This document shows positions 50,436 to 58,913 of a stretch of DNA of 64,000 nt, one piece after another (position 1 is the stretch's first letter; the number at the start of each line of letters is the position of its first letter). The notes below the pieces were generated by a model. The model did not search any database. It worked only from the letters and a program-made list of their open reading frames with translations, and had not been told where the DNA came from. Where the stretch lies: NCBI GenBank assembly GCA_965203865.1, contig OZ241916.1, positions 934,884 to 998,883 of the forward strand, in the 5' to 3' direction. The translations under genes were made by a program, and so were the position numbers. Source of the stretch: Arenicellales bacterium. Lineage in GTDB: Bacteria > Pseudomonadota > Gammaproteobacteria > Arenicellales > JAJDZL01.

Positions 50436-53400
50436 TGTAAATGCGGAGATTAGGGGATTTCTAAGTCCGTATAGTGGGAGTAGTATTTATGCATACCAAT
50501 TAGATGGTGCGACGCTTGAGTTAGAAGATTTCCTCCAGCCGCCGGGACGTGGGTTTAAGAACGCTAGTGGCCTCGGTCATTATCGGTTCAAAAGTGGTAC
50601 CGCCCCCTCTGGCCTCTCAATTGCTAGTAAGCGAGTTGACCATAATGACTACTTGTTTTTGACTTTTAGTTGCACCGGCGCCTGCAGAACTGTCTCGTCG
50701 ACTACAACTGTTACCATTGAGGTCAGAAACACTGGATTTCAAGCTAGTGATATTATAGCTGCTGGATGGTATGACGAAGGCTCCTTCACAATCAATCCAA
50801 ACCCCAAGGTGCTGGTCACAAGCAACCCTACCAACAGCAGCACGGTCACGGAGGCGGGCAGCACGTCGACATTCACGGTGCAGCTCGGACAGGCGCCGTC
50901 GGCCAGTGTGACAGTCGCTGTTTCCAGCGGCGACTCCACCGAGGGCAGTGTGTCGCCCAGCACGATGACCTTCACGACCCAGAACTGGAACACTGCGCAG
51001 ACGGTGACAGTAACGGGAGCCAATGACAGTATACAAGACGGCAACGTGAGCTGGAATGTTGTGCTCAATCCGGCATCGAGCGGGGACAGCACGTACAACG
51101 GCTTGTCCAACGTGAATGTGGCGATGACCACCAGCGACGACGAAGGTTCGCCTTCCTTTTCGGTCAACTCGCCGAGCGTGACGGAAGGCGACACTGGCTC
51201 GGTGAACTTGACGTTCACGGTTACGATGAGTCCGGCGAGCACGTCTCAGTACACGGTGAACTACGCCGATGCGGGCACCGGCACGGCGACGTCGGGGACC
51301 GACTACACGGCTATCACCAGTGACACGCTGACTTTTGCGGCGAATGAGACGAGCAAGACGATTACGGTGTCGGTAACGGGGGACACGATAAACGAGCCGA
51401 ACGAGACGGTGGTGGTCACGCTGAGCAACGCGTCGACGGGTTCAACCATAGGGACGGCGAGCGGCACCGGCACGATCACGGACAACGACACGCCGAACTT
51501 TTCGATCAACTCGCCGAGCGTGGCGGAAGGCGACAGCGGCTCGGTGACCATGACGTTCACGGTTTCGCTGAATCCGGCGGGCGCATCGCAGCATACGGTC
51601 GACTACTCTCAAACAGGTGGCACGGCGATGTCGGGGACCGACTACACGGCGGTTTCTTCCGGCAGGCTGACGTTTGCGGCGGGTACGACGAGCCAGACGA
51701 TTACGGTGTCGGTGACGGGCGACACGACGGACGAGGGGGCGAGCGAGACGGTGGTGATTACGCTGAGCAATGCGTCGGCCGGAACCGCCATTTCGACGGC
51801 GAGCGGCACCGGCACGATTACGGACGACGACCCGAAATTCTCGATCAATTCGCCGAGCGTGACGGAAGGCGACAGCAGTTCGGTGAACCTGAACTTCACA
51901 GTGACGCTGAGTGCGGCGGGTGCGTCGCAGTACACGGTTGATTTCGCTGATGCGGGAACCGGGTCGGCGACTTCGGCCGACTACACGATCAGTACTTCTA
52001 GCCCGCTGACGTTTGCGGCGGGGACGACGACCCAGATGATTACGGTGTCGGTGACGGGTGACACGCTGGACGAGGGGGCGAGCGAGACGGTGGTGATTAC
52101 GCTGAGCAATGCGTCGGTTGGAACCGCCATTTCGACGGCGAGCGGCACTGGGACCATAACGGACGACGACCCGAAATTCTCGATCAATTCGCCGAGCGTG
52201 ACGGAGGGCGACAGCAGCTCGGTGACCATGACATTCACAGTGACGCTGAGTGCGGCTGGCGCGTCGCAGTACACGATCGATTTCGCTGATGCGGGAACCG
52301 GGTCGGCGACTTCGGCTGACTACACGATCAGCACTTCTAGCCCGCTGACGTTTGCGGCGGGTACGACGAGCCAGACGATTACGGTGTCGGTGACGGGCGA
52401 CACTTTGAACGAGGGGAACGAGACGGTGGTGGTCACACTGAGCAATGCGTCGGCAGGGACTGTTATTTCGACGGCGAGCGGCACCGGGACGATAATCGAC
52501 AACGACCTGGCATTTTCGATCGACTCGCCGAGCGTGGACGAGGGCGACAGCGGCGACTCGAATAGCCTGGTTTTCACCGTGACGCTGAGTGGGTCGGTTT
52601 CGACGACGCAGACGGTCGAATACGCCGAGGGCAGCGGTACAGCGACTTCGGGAACCGACTACACGGCGGTCACCGGCGGCACGCTGACGTTTGCAGCGAA
52701 TGAGACGAGCAAGACGATTACGGTGTCGGTGACGGGCGACGCGACTGACGAGGCGAACGAGACAGTGGTGATTGAACTGAGCAATGCGTCAACCACGATT
52801 TCGACGGCGACCGGCACCGGCACGATCACGGACGACGACCCGAAATTCTCGATCAACTCGCCGAGCGTGGTCGAGGGCGACAGCGGCGACTCAAATAGCC
52901 TGGTTTTCACCGTGACGCTGAGTGCGGCGAGCTCGTCGTCGCTGACAGTCAACTACGCCCGCACGGGCGGCACGGCGACTTCGGGGACCGACTACACGGC
53001 GATTTCTTCCGGCATGCTGACGTTTACGGGGACGACGACCCAGACGATTACGGTGCCGGTGACGGGCGACGCGATGGACGAGGGTGCGGGCGAGACGGTG
53101 GTGGTTACGCTGAGCAGCCCGTCGGCCGGCACGGGAATCTCGACGATGAGCGGCACCGGGACGATCACGGACGATGACCCGAAATTCTCGATCGATTCGC
53201 CGACGGTGACGGAGAGCGACACTGGCTCGGTGAATATGACATTCACAGTGACGCTGAGTGCTGCTGGCAATTCGCAGTACACAGTCGACTACACAAGTTC
53301 GGACGGGTCTACGAACGGTGCGACTGCCGGTACCGACTACACGGCGGTCTCTGGCACGCTGACGTTTGCGGCGGGGACCACGAGCGAGACGATTACGGTA

Positions 53401-56379
53401 TCGGTGACGGGCGACACGGCCAACGAGGCGAACGAGACGGTGATCATCACGCTGAGCAATCCGTCGGCGGGCACGGCGATTGCGACGGCAACCGGCACCG
53501 GCACGATCACGGACAACGACACGCCGAGCTTTTCGATCGACGATGCGAGCGTGGCGGAGGGCGACAGCGGTCAGACGAACCTGACGTTCACGGTGACGCT
53601 GAGTTTGCAGAGCTCGTCGGCGTTGACGGTGAACTACGCCACTTCGTCGAGCGGCTCGGGTTTTGGGCATGCGACAGCGGGAACCGACTACACGGCGGTG
53701 ACCACTGCGGGCTCGGTGACGATTGCGGCGAACACCACGAGCAGTACGTTTAATATTGTAGTGTCGGGCGACACGACGGCGGAGCCGGACGAGACGTTCA
53801 CGGTGACGCTGAGCGGCAATCCGGCGGGCACGAACCTTGACCCTGACAAGACGAGCGCCACTGGTACGATACGAAACGACGATGCGGGTCTTTCGATCAG
53901 CGATGCGAGCACAGCGGAGGACGGCAACCTGGAGTTCACGGTGACGCTGAGTCCGTCGACATCGTCTCAGGTGACGGTGAGCTACGCTACTTCAAGCGGC
54001 ACCGGGTCTGGACATGCGACTGCGGGGAGCGACTATACGGCGATATCCGCCACCACGCTGACGTTTGCGGCGGGAGCGACGGGGAGTGCCTTGAGCCAGA
54101 CGATTACGGTTCAGGTGACGGACGACACGGTGAACGAGCCGGACGAGACGCTGACAGTGACACTGAGCAGTGCATCCGGTGCGGGCTTGGTGGATGCCAC
54201 GGGCACGGGCACGATCACGGACAACGATACGCCTAGCTTTTCGATCAACTCGCCGAGCGTGAACGAGGGTGACAGCATGGCGAGCCTGGAGTTCACTGTT
54301 TCACTGAGTCCGGCGAGCTACCAGGAGACGACGGTGAACTATGCGGTTACGGGTGGGACGGCGACTTCGGATACCGATTATACGGCGCTTGCCGCCAGTA
54401 CCACGCTGACGTTTGCTATAGGGGATACGAGCCAGACGATTACGGTGTCGGTGACGGACGACCTGGATTTCGAGGAGAATGAGACCGTGGTGATTACACT
54501 GAGCGGTGCGTCGCCGGGTACGACGATTGCGACGGCGAGCGGCACCGGGACAATCACCAATGACGACCCAGGCATTTCGATCGCTGATGCGACGGTTGAA
54601 GAGGGCGATGAGGACGATAGGAACATGCTGACGTTCACGGTGACGCTGTCGCCGGCGCCGACGGACCAGGTGACGGTCGACTATGCCAGTTCGGACGGGA
54701 CTACGAATGGTGCGACTGCGGGTACCGACTACACGGCGGTCTCCGGCACGCTGACGTTTGCGGCGAGTGAGACCAGCAAGCCGATTTCGGTTTCAGTGAT
54801 CGGGGATATCCTGTCGGAGCCGAACGAGACGGTAGTGGTGACGCTGAGCAACCCGAACCCGTCGTACACGCTGGTGGAAGCCAGTGCCATGGGCACCATA
54901 ACGGACGACGACGAAGTGGTTCAGAACGAGCTGGACATGGAGATTGTCGCTGAGGTTGCGCGTGAGGTTACCACGAGCGTGGTGACTGCGGTCAGCAACC
55001 GGGTCGGTTCGGTGGTTGGCGGCGTAGCAATTGCCCCGCTGGTCAATGAGCCGTCGGTTGGCATGCCTTCAACGGGGGGATTTGCAGACAGTGGACTGCT
55101 TTCGATTCTGGCGCGTTCAGTGCGGCACGACCGCGAGCGAGACGGCGGACTGGAGCGCTCGGAGATGTCGCTGTATCGTTCACTGGACGGTGCGAGCTTT
55201 GCCTACTCGCCGAGTGTGCTGAGTGCGAACGGCTCAGCCGGTGCGACCGGCGGGCATTCCGGTATCCTGACTGTGTGGGGTTCGGTCGACTATCGCAAGA
55301 TGTCGGGAAGCGGCGAGGGTGCCTTGACATGGGATGGCGAGCTGGCGTCTTTGAATATTGGCACTGACACGCTGAGCGAGTCCGGGGTTCTGTTCGGCGT
55401 GGCGGTCGGTGCGTCGAAGGGGAGCTTCGGCTATCAGGGCAGTATCAGCGGCAGTAGCGGCTTGCTGAAGATGCAGGTAACAACGCTGAATCCCTATGTT
55501 GGCTGGTCGGTGTCTGAGTCGGCGAGCCTGTGGGCATCGGTCGGCTATGGCAGGGGCAAGATTAACTACAACGACAATGAGGCTGAAGCATCCTCGAGCA
55601 AGATGAAGCTGGCCAGTGCGGCTTTTGGAGGTCGCTATCGCCTGTTTTCGGCTGATGGCTTAGCAGACGGCCGCTTGGTTCAGGTAGATCTCAAGGGCGA
55701 GGCCTGGGGTCTGCGGAACAAGGTTGAAGGAGACGAGCAGCGTCCGATGGGGTCGAAGTCCCGGGCACACGGAATGCGCCTTGCGATTGAGAGGCATAGT
55801 AGCGGTGTGCTTGAGTCCGGCGCTTTTATGGTGTTGTCGGGCGAGGCCGGCGTACGCTGGGACGGCGGTGACGGCGACACCGGAGCCGGCTTTGAGATGG
55901 GCGGCATGGCGGACTACAGCGATTCTGCAACCGGCATGAAGATGGTTGCGACGGCCCGCGTCTTGGTGGACCATGAAAGCGACAACCGGAAGGAGTGGGG
56001 CGCCGGCTTGACTGTGGGATGCAGGATTGATGGTCGAGAGACTGGCATGACTTACAGGTCTTCGCTGTCGCACGGGCAGGCGGAAAGCGGTGTTGAATCT
56101 CTATGGGACAGTAGCGCCGCCAGTCGCACATCGTCCGAAGAGAAGAGTTTGGCGACGCGTCTGGACGCAGAGGTCGGCTATCGCTTTTATGGAAGCAGCG
56201 GCCTGCACACGCCGTATGTTGGATTCGGAGCGGAAGACAGCAGCAGGCGCGACTACCGTGTTGGCATGCGCTATGCGGGCGGGTCGGCGATATCTTCGGG
56301 TATGGAGTTTGAGCGTCGCGAAGCGGGCAGCAAGCAGCCTGACCACAGGGTCATGCTGACAGGGCGGATGAACTGGTAG
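50407..56379 (+). CDS. giant surface protein: divergent N-terminal region, 11 Calx-beta-like repeats and an autotransporter-like C-terminal beta-barrel
   Basis: 1990 aa counted from a GTG. The repeat unit is FSINSPSV.EGDSG..FTVTLS..YTVDY..GTATSGTDYTA..LTFAAGTTSQTITVSVTGD...E.NETVVVTLSN..GTGTITDDD. The C-terminal ~400 aa show alternating beta-strand patterns and end in ..MLTGRMNW. The same frame stays open upstream to 50314 and encodes ..ARRLALSKHIACSLLAVTISVCMLPDVNA|E. Confidence 0.8.
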   Translation: MTISVCMLPDVNAEIRGFLSPYSGSSIYAYQLDGATLELEDFLQPPGRGFKNASGLGHYRFKSGTAPSGLSIASKRVDHNDYLFLTFSCTGACRTVSSTTTVTIEVRNTGFQASDIIAAGWYDEGSFTINPNPKVLVTSNPTNSSTVTEAGSTSTFTVQLGQAPSASVTVAVSSGDSTEGSVSPSTMTFTTQNWNTAQTVTVTGANDSIQDGNVSWNVVLNPASSGDSTYNGLSNVNVAMTTSDDEGSPSFSVNSPSVTEGDTGSVNLTFTVTMSPASTSQYTVNYADAGTGTATSGTDYTAITSDTLTFAANETSKTITVSVTGDTINEPNETVVVTLSNASTGSTIGTASGTGTITDNDTPNFSINSPSVAEGDSGSVTMTFTVSLNPAGASQHTVDYSQTGGTAMSGTDYTAVSSGRLTFAAGTTSQTITVSVTGDTTDEGASETVVITLSNASAGTAISTASGTGTITDDDPKFSINSPSVTEGDSSSVNLNFTVTLSAAGASQYTVDFADAGTGSATSADYTISTSSPLTFAAGTTTQMITVSVTGDTLDEGASETVVITLSNASVGTAISTASGTGTITDDDPKFSINSPSVTEGDSSSVTMTFTVTLSAAGASQYTIDFADAGTGSATSADYTISTSSPLTFAAGTTSQTITVSVTGDTLNEGNETVVVTLSNASAGTVISTASGTGTIIDNDLAFSIDSPSVDEGDSGDSNSLVFTVTLSGSVSTTQTVEYAEGSGTATSGTDYTAVTGGTLTFAANETSKTITVSVTGDATDEANETVVIELSNASTTISTATGTGTITDDDPKFSINSPSVVEGDSGDSNSLVFTVTLSAASSSSLTVNYARTGGTATSGTDYTAISSGMLTFTGTTTQTITVPVTGDAMDEGAGETVVVTLSSPSAGTGISTMSGTGTITDDDPKFSIDSPTVTESDTGSVNMTFTVTLSAAGNSQYTVDYTSSDGSTNGATAGTDYTAVSGTLTFAAGTTSETITVSVTGDTANEANETVIITLSNPSAGTAIATATGTGTITDNDTPSFSIDDASVAEGDSGQTNLTFTVTLSLQSSSALTVNYATSSSGSGFGHATAGTDYTAVTTAGSVTIAANTTSSTFNIVVSGDTTAEPDETFTVTLSGNPAGTNLDPDKTSATGTIRNDDAGLSISDASTAEDGNLEFTVTLSPSTSSQVTVSYATSSGTGSGHATAGSDYTAISATTLTFAAGATGSALSQTITVQVTDDTVNEPDETLTVTLSSASGAGLVDATGTGTITDNDTPSFSINSPSVNEGDSMASLEFTVSLSPASYQETTVNYAVTGGTATSDTDYTALAASTTLTFAIGDTSQTITVSVTDDLDFEENETVVITLSGASPGTTIATASGTGTITNDDPGISIADATVEEGDEDDRNMLTFTVTLSPAPTDQVTVDYASSDGTTNGATAGTDYTAVSGTLTFAASETSKPISVSVIGDILSEPNETVVVTLSNPNPSYTLVEASAMGTITDDDEVVQNELDMEIVAEVAREVTTSVVTAVSNRVGSVVGGVAIAPLVNEPSVGMPSTGGFADSGLLSILARSVRHDRERDGGLERSEMSLYRSLDGASFAYSPSVLSANGSAGATGGHSGILTVWGSVDYRKMSGSGEGALTWDGELASLNIGTDTLSESGVLFGVAVGASKGSFGYQGSISGSSGLLKMQVTTLNPYVGWSVSESASLWASVGYGRGKINYNDNEAEASSSKMKLASAAFGGRYRLFSADGLADGRLVQVDLKGEAWGLRNKVEGDEQRPMGSKSRAHGMRLAIERHSSGVLESGAFMVLSGEAGVRWDGGDGDTGAGFEMGGMADYSDSATGMKMVATARVLVDHESDNRKEWGAGLTVGCRIDGRETGMTYRSSLSHGQAESGVESLWDSSAASRTSSEEKSLATRLDAEVGYRFYGSSGLHTPYVGFGAEDSSRRDYRVGMRYAGGSAISSGMEFERREAGSKQPDHRVMLTGRMNW
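51157..54915 (+). repeat. 11 tandem ~339-bp coding repeats (Calx-beta-like units)
   Basis: The period is visible in the sequence and in the 339-nt spacing of antisense ORFs (51303, 51642, 51981, 52320, 52659). Units 51838-52176 and 52177-52515 are roughly 90% identical by eye. Confidence 0.9.
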
Positions 56380-56428
56380 ACAGGAAAGAATCGGCACAGA
56401 CTTCTGTTCAGACGTTGCAGAAGGCCCC

Positions 56429-56456
56429 CTCCAGGTTGAATTCATTCAACCTGGAG
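56429..56456 (+). terminator. 12-bp perfect hairpin downstream of the giant ORF
   Basis: ctccaggttgaa-ttca-ttcaacctggag begins 50 nt after the stop. The trailing tract is not strongly T-rich. Confidence 0.5.
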
Positions 56457-56724
56457 AGGACTTACTACCATTTTGCAAATTCATTATGCTGTGCTAATTG
56501 CTAATGTGCATGTTCGCCTTTGTCGGCGAAAAAATGTCCGCTTCATGCCTTCGATTCAGACCTTGAACCTTGCTGCGCATTAACAGCATTGAATTGCACC
56601 GGACAACTAAGAAAAACTCAGCACTGATGTTTGCATCCCTCTGTATTCACTTGCCATAATACAGTTTTCCCCACTCTTAAGCGGGATTCTAGACGAAATT
56701 TGTACCGATTCAGCTATGACACCA

Positions 56725-58161
56725 GGTTAAGTCTTAAAATTCCTGTAAAAGTCTAATTGGGGGGATCGAGAGGTCCTCTGTGCGATTACAATTTAATAAT
56801 TTCACATTTTTACAACAAAAGAATCGAGGAGGACCTCGCGATGAGTAGAATGATAAGTCCAAGCCAGGAGAAAAAGCAAGAGCTGAATGAGATGATTGAG
56901 AATGGTTTCGCTGGCGAAGGGGATGTTTTTCGGGAGTTTATCAAATTGACAGTGGAAAGCGTGTTTCAGCAGGCGCTGGAAGATGAGCAGAGTGAGTTTT
57001 TGGATCGAGGGCGCTACCAGCGCAAGTCGGAGCCGTCGACGGTGCACCGCAACGGCTACGAACCGGGGCATTTGAAGACTGCGGAGGGAGTGATGCAAGT
57101 GAAGTTGCCGCAGGTTCGCGGTCTGGGCGAGCCGTATCGCTCGCGGTTGTGGAGCGAGATGCCGCGTACCAGCGAATCGCTGAAGTCGCTGGTGGTGGAG
57201 ATGTATGTGAACGGCATGTCGACCCGCGACATTGAGCATTCGATGGAGGCGGCGCTGGGCGAGTTTTCGTTGTCGAAGAGTACCGTCAGTCGCCTGTGCG
57301 AGTCGCTGAGCGAGGACTACGAGCGTTTCAAGGAGCGCGACTTGAGTGGCTACGACGTGGCGTATTTGTTTGTGGATGCGGTGTACGAGCCGTTGCGTCG
57401 TCACGGCACCCGCAGCGGTGTTCTGTGCTGCTGGGCGATTTGCAGCGATGGCAGTCGGGTGCTGCTGGACCTGACCTTGGCCAACAGCGAGAGCAAGGTA
57501 TCGGTGATTGAGTTTTTTCAAGGGATGATTCGCCGGGGTCTTCAGCCGCCGCTGACGGTGACCACCGATGGTGCCGGGGGACTGATGGCGGCGGTGGAGG
57601 AGACGTGGCCGCGCACCTTGCGAGTGCGCTGCTGGTTTCACAAGATGCAGAATCTGCGGCAGAAGGTTCCGCCGAGCTTGTGGCCGGAATTTCGGCATCG
57701 GGTGACCGACTTTCGGGATGCACCGGATGAAGCCGAGGCTCGTCGCCGGCTGGAATCCATCCAGGCCGACTATGGCCGCGAGTTGCCCGAAGCCTTGCGT
57801 TGCCTAACCGACGACCTGGAAGCTTCGATGAACCATTTGGAGGTTCCGCCGCGGCACCGGCAGAATGTTCGCACGGTGAATCTGGTGGAGCGCAGCTTCG
57901 TAGAGGAGCGCCGACGAACCAAGGTGATCCCGCATCTGTGGGGCGAAAGAGATCTGACCAAGCTGGTGTATTCGGTGCTGATCCGATTGAGCGAACGCTG
58001 GTGCAAGCGCCGGTACTCGGAATCGGAAGAATGGCAGATCCGAGAGCTGCGCATGCGACTTTATCCAGAGCAGGAGGCGAGAAAACCCGTGCCAAGAACC
58101 AGAACTCGCAGAAGTGCGGCGAAAGCCGCCTAGACTTTTACAGGAAATTAGAGACTTGACC
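56725..58161 (+). mobile_element. IS256-family insertion sequence
   Basis: 1437 bp. The 31-bp imperfect terminal inverted repeats are ggttaagtcttaaaattcctgtaaaagtcta (56725-56755) and the reverse complement of 58131-58161 (27/31 match). One transposase ORF; its stop codon lies inside the right IR. Confidence 0.85.
56841..58133 (+). CDS. IS256/Mutator-family transposase
   Basis: 430 aa from the ATG at 56841, which follows a gaggagg RBS. The N-terminal FREFIKLTVESVFQQALEDEQSEFL..RNGYEPGHLKT is characteristic of the family. Confidence 0.85.
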   Translation: MSRMISPSQEKKQELNEMIENGFAGEGDVFREFIKLTVESVFQQALEDEQSEFLDRGRYQRKSEPSTVHRNGYEPGHLKTAEGVMQVKLPQVRGLGEPYRSRLWSEMPRTSESLKSLVVEMYVNGMSTRDIEHSMEAALGEFSLSKSTVSRLCESLSEDYERFKERDLSGYDVAYLFVDAVYEPLRRHGTRSGVLCCWAICSDGSRVLLDLTLANSESKVSVIEFFQGMIRRGLQPPLTVTTDGAGGLMAAVEETWPRTLRVRCWFHKMQNLRQKVPPSLWPEFRHRVTDFRDAPDEAEARRRLESIQADYGRELPEALRCLTDDLEASMNHLEVPPRHRQNVRTVNLVERSFVEERRRTKVIPHLWGERDLTKLVYSVLIRLSERWCKRRYSESEEWQIRELRMRLYPEQEARKPVPRTRTRRSAAKAA

Positions 58162-58658
58162 ACAAATCGAGACAATGGCAAAAGTGGGTGAATCGGTGAC
58201 CTTGAATTCTAAAAAACGATAAGATATGTTGCTGGTAAATTTAAACTCTTTGTCGCCATTAACTCTGAAGTTCTCAAATCTCTCTTGTAACAACTCCCAG
58301 CAGATCTGCCCGGTCGTTGCATTAGCGATTGGCCTGCCGAGAAGTGTAGGACAAGGAAATGCGGGACATTTCACTTTGATGTATCGACTTGTGTTTGAAC
58401 GGAATTATTTTTTCTCCTGAATATTGCAAGAAGTCAAGCGATGGTCCCACAGTTTCTGGCAATTTCAGGCCTGCTTTTTTATACTTTTTCGGATTGATTC
58501 TTCAATAAAATCATCTCATCATACGATTCAAACAGGATTTTTCAAGACTGACAAATTAAAGTTGTCAAAGAGACTGATAGTATTGCAGAAAAGCATTATG
58601 GAGCTGGAACTTCTATCAGGCAATGCAGAAATTAGCTCACCAGCAAAATTCTGCAATA

Positions 58659-58910
58659 CTATCCGCCTTTTAGTGGTGGAATTATTGATACCCTGTCTGT
58701 CTCTTTAAGAACAAATGAATCTCGTTCCGAAGCCGGAACCATTTCACCATTGACCGATAGAAGATAGCCTTGCTGAGCTGGAAAACCCAAATGCTCGATC
58801 AAGGTTGCGATGGTTGCATTTCCATTCAACTTGACTTCGATTTCACTGCCGTCAGTATTTTCAGGCAAATACTTGCTCAGAGTGCCGACAAGCTTGACTG
58901 ACACTTTCAT
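58659..58910 (-). CDS. MoaD/ThiS-family ubiquitin-like sulfur carrier
   Basis: 83 aa with a C-terminal diglycine (..IIPPLKGG). It starts 3 nt after the AOR stop. Confidence 0.7.
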   Translation of the reverse strand: MKVSVKLVGTLSKYLPENTDGSEIEVKLNGNATIATLIEHLGFPAQQGYLLSVNGEMVPASERDSFVLKETDRVSIIPPLKGG

Positions 58911-58913
58911 GAT

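Noticed and set aside
50617-56445. Many 60-260-aa ORFs on the minus strand or in alternative frames inside the giant ORF (for example 50739-51242, 52891-53670, 55660-56073 and the 339-nt-periodic set 51303, 51642, 51981 onward).
   Set aside because: They lie entirely within a strongly supported 1990-aa ORF. Their periodicity simply mirrors the coding repeats, and G+C-rich DNA is poor in stop codons. They have no independent coding signal.
56717-58169. An 8-9-bp target-site duplication flanking the IS256-family element.
   Set aside because: The flanks tgacacca and acaaatcg do not match, and shifting the boundaries by a few nucleotides did not yield a duplication.
56802-58181. Long antisense or alternative-frame ORFs across the IS256 transposase (56802-57698, 57328-58095, 57804-58181).
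   Set aside because: The arginine/proline-rich low-complexity translations are typical of wrong-frame reading of G+C-rich DNA, and the plus-strand transposase has clear family features.
58138-58708. Short ORFs in the ~500-nt AT-rich gap between the IS256 copy and the MoaD-like gene (58138-58374 minus, 58226-58420 plus, 58424-58708 plus).
   Set aside because: I recognise no motifs, the ORFs overlap each other, and one reads into the IS terminal repeat. At most this is a remnant of a disrupted gene, so it is not annotated as a CDS.
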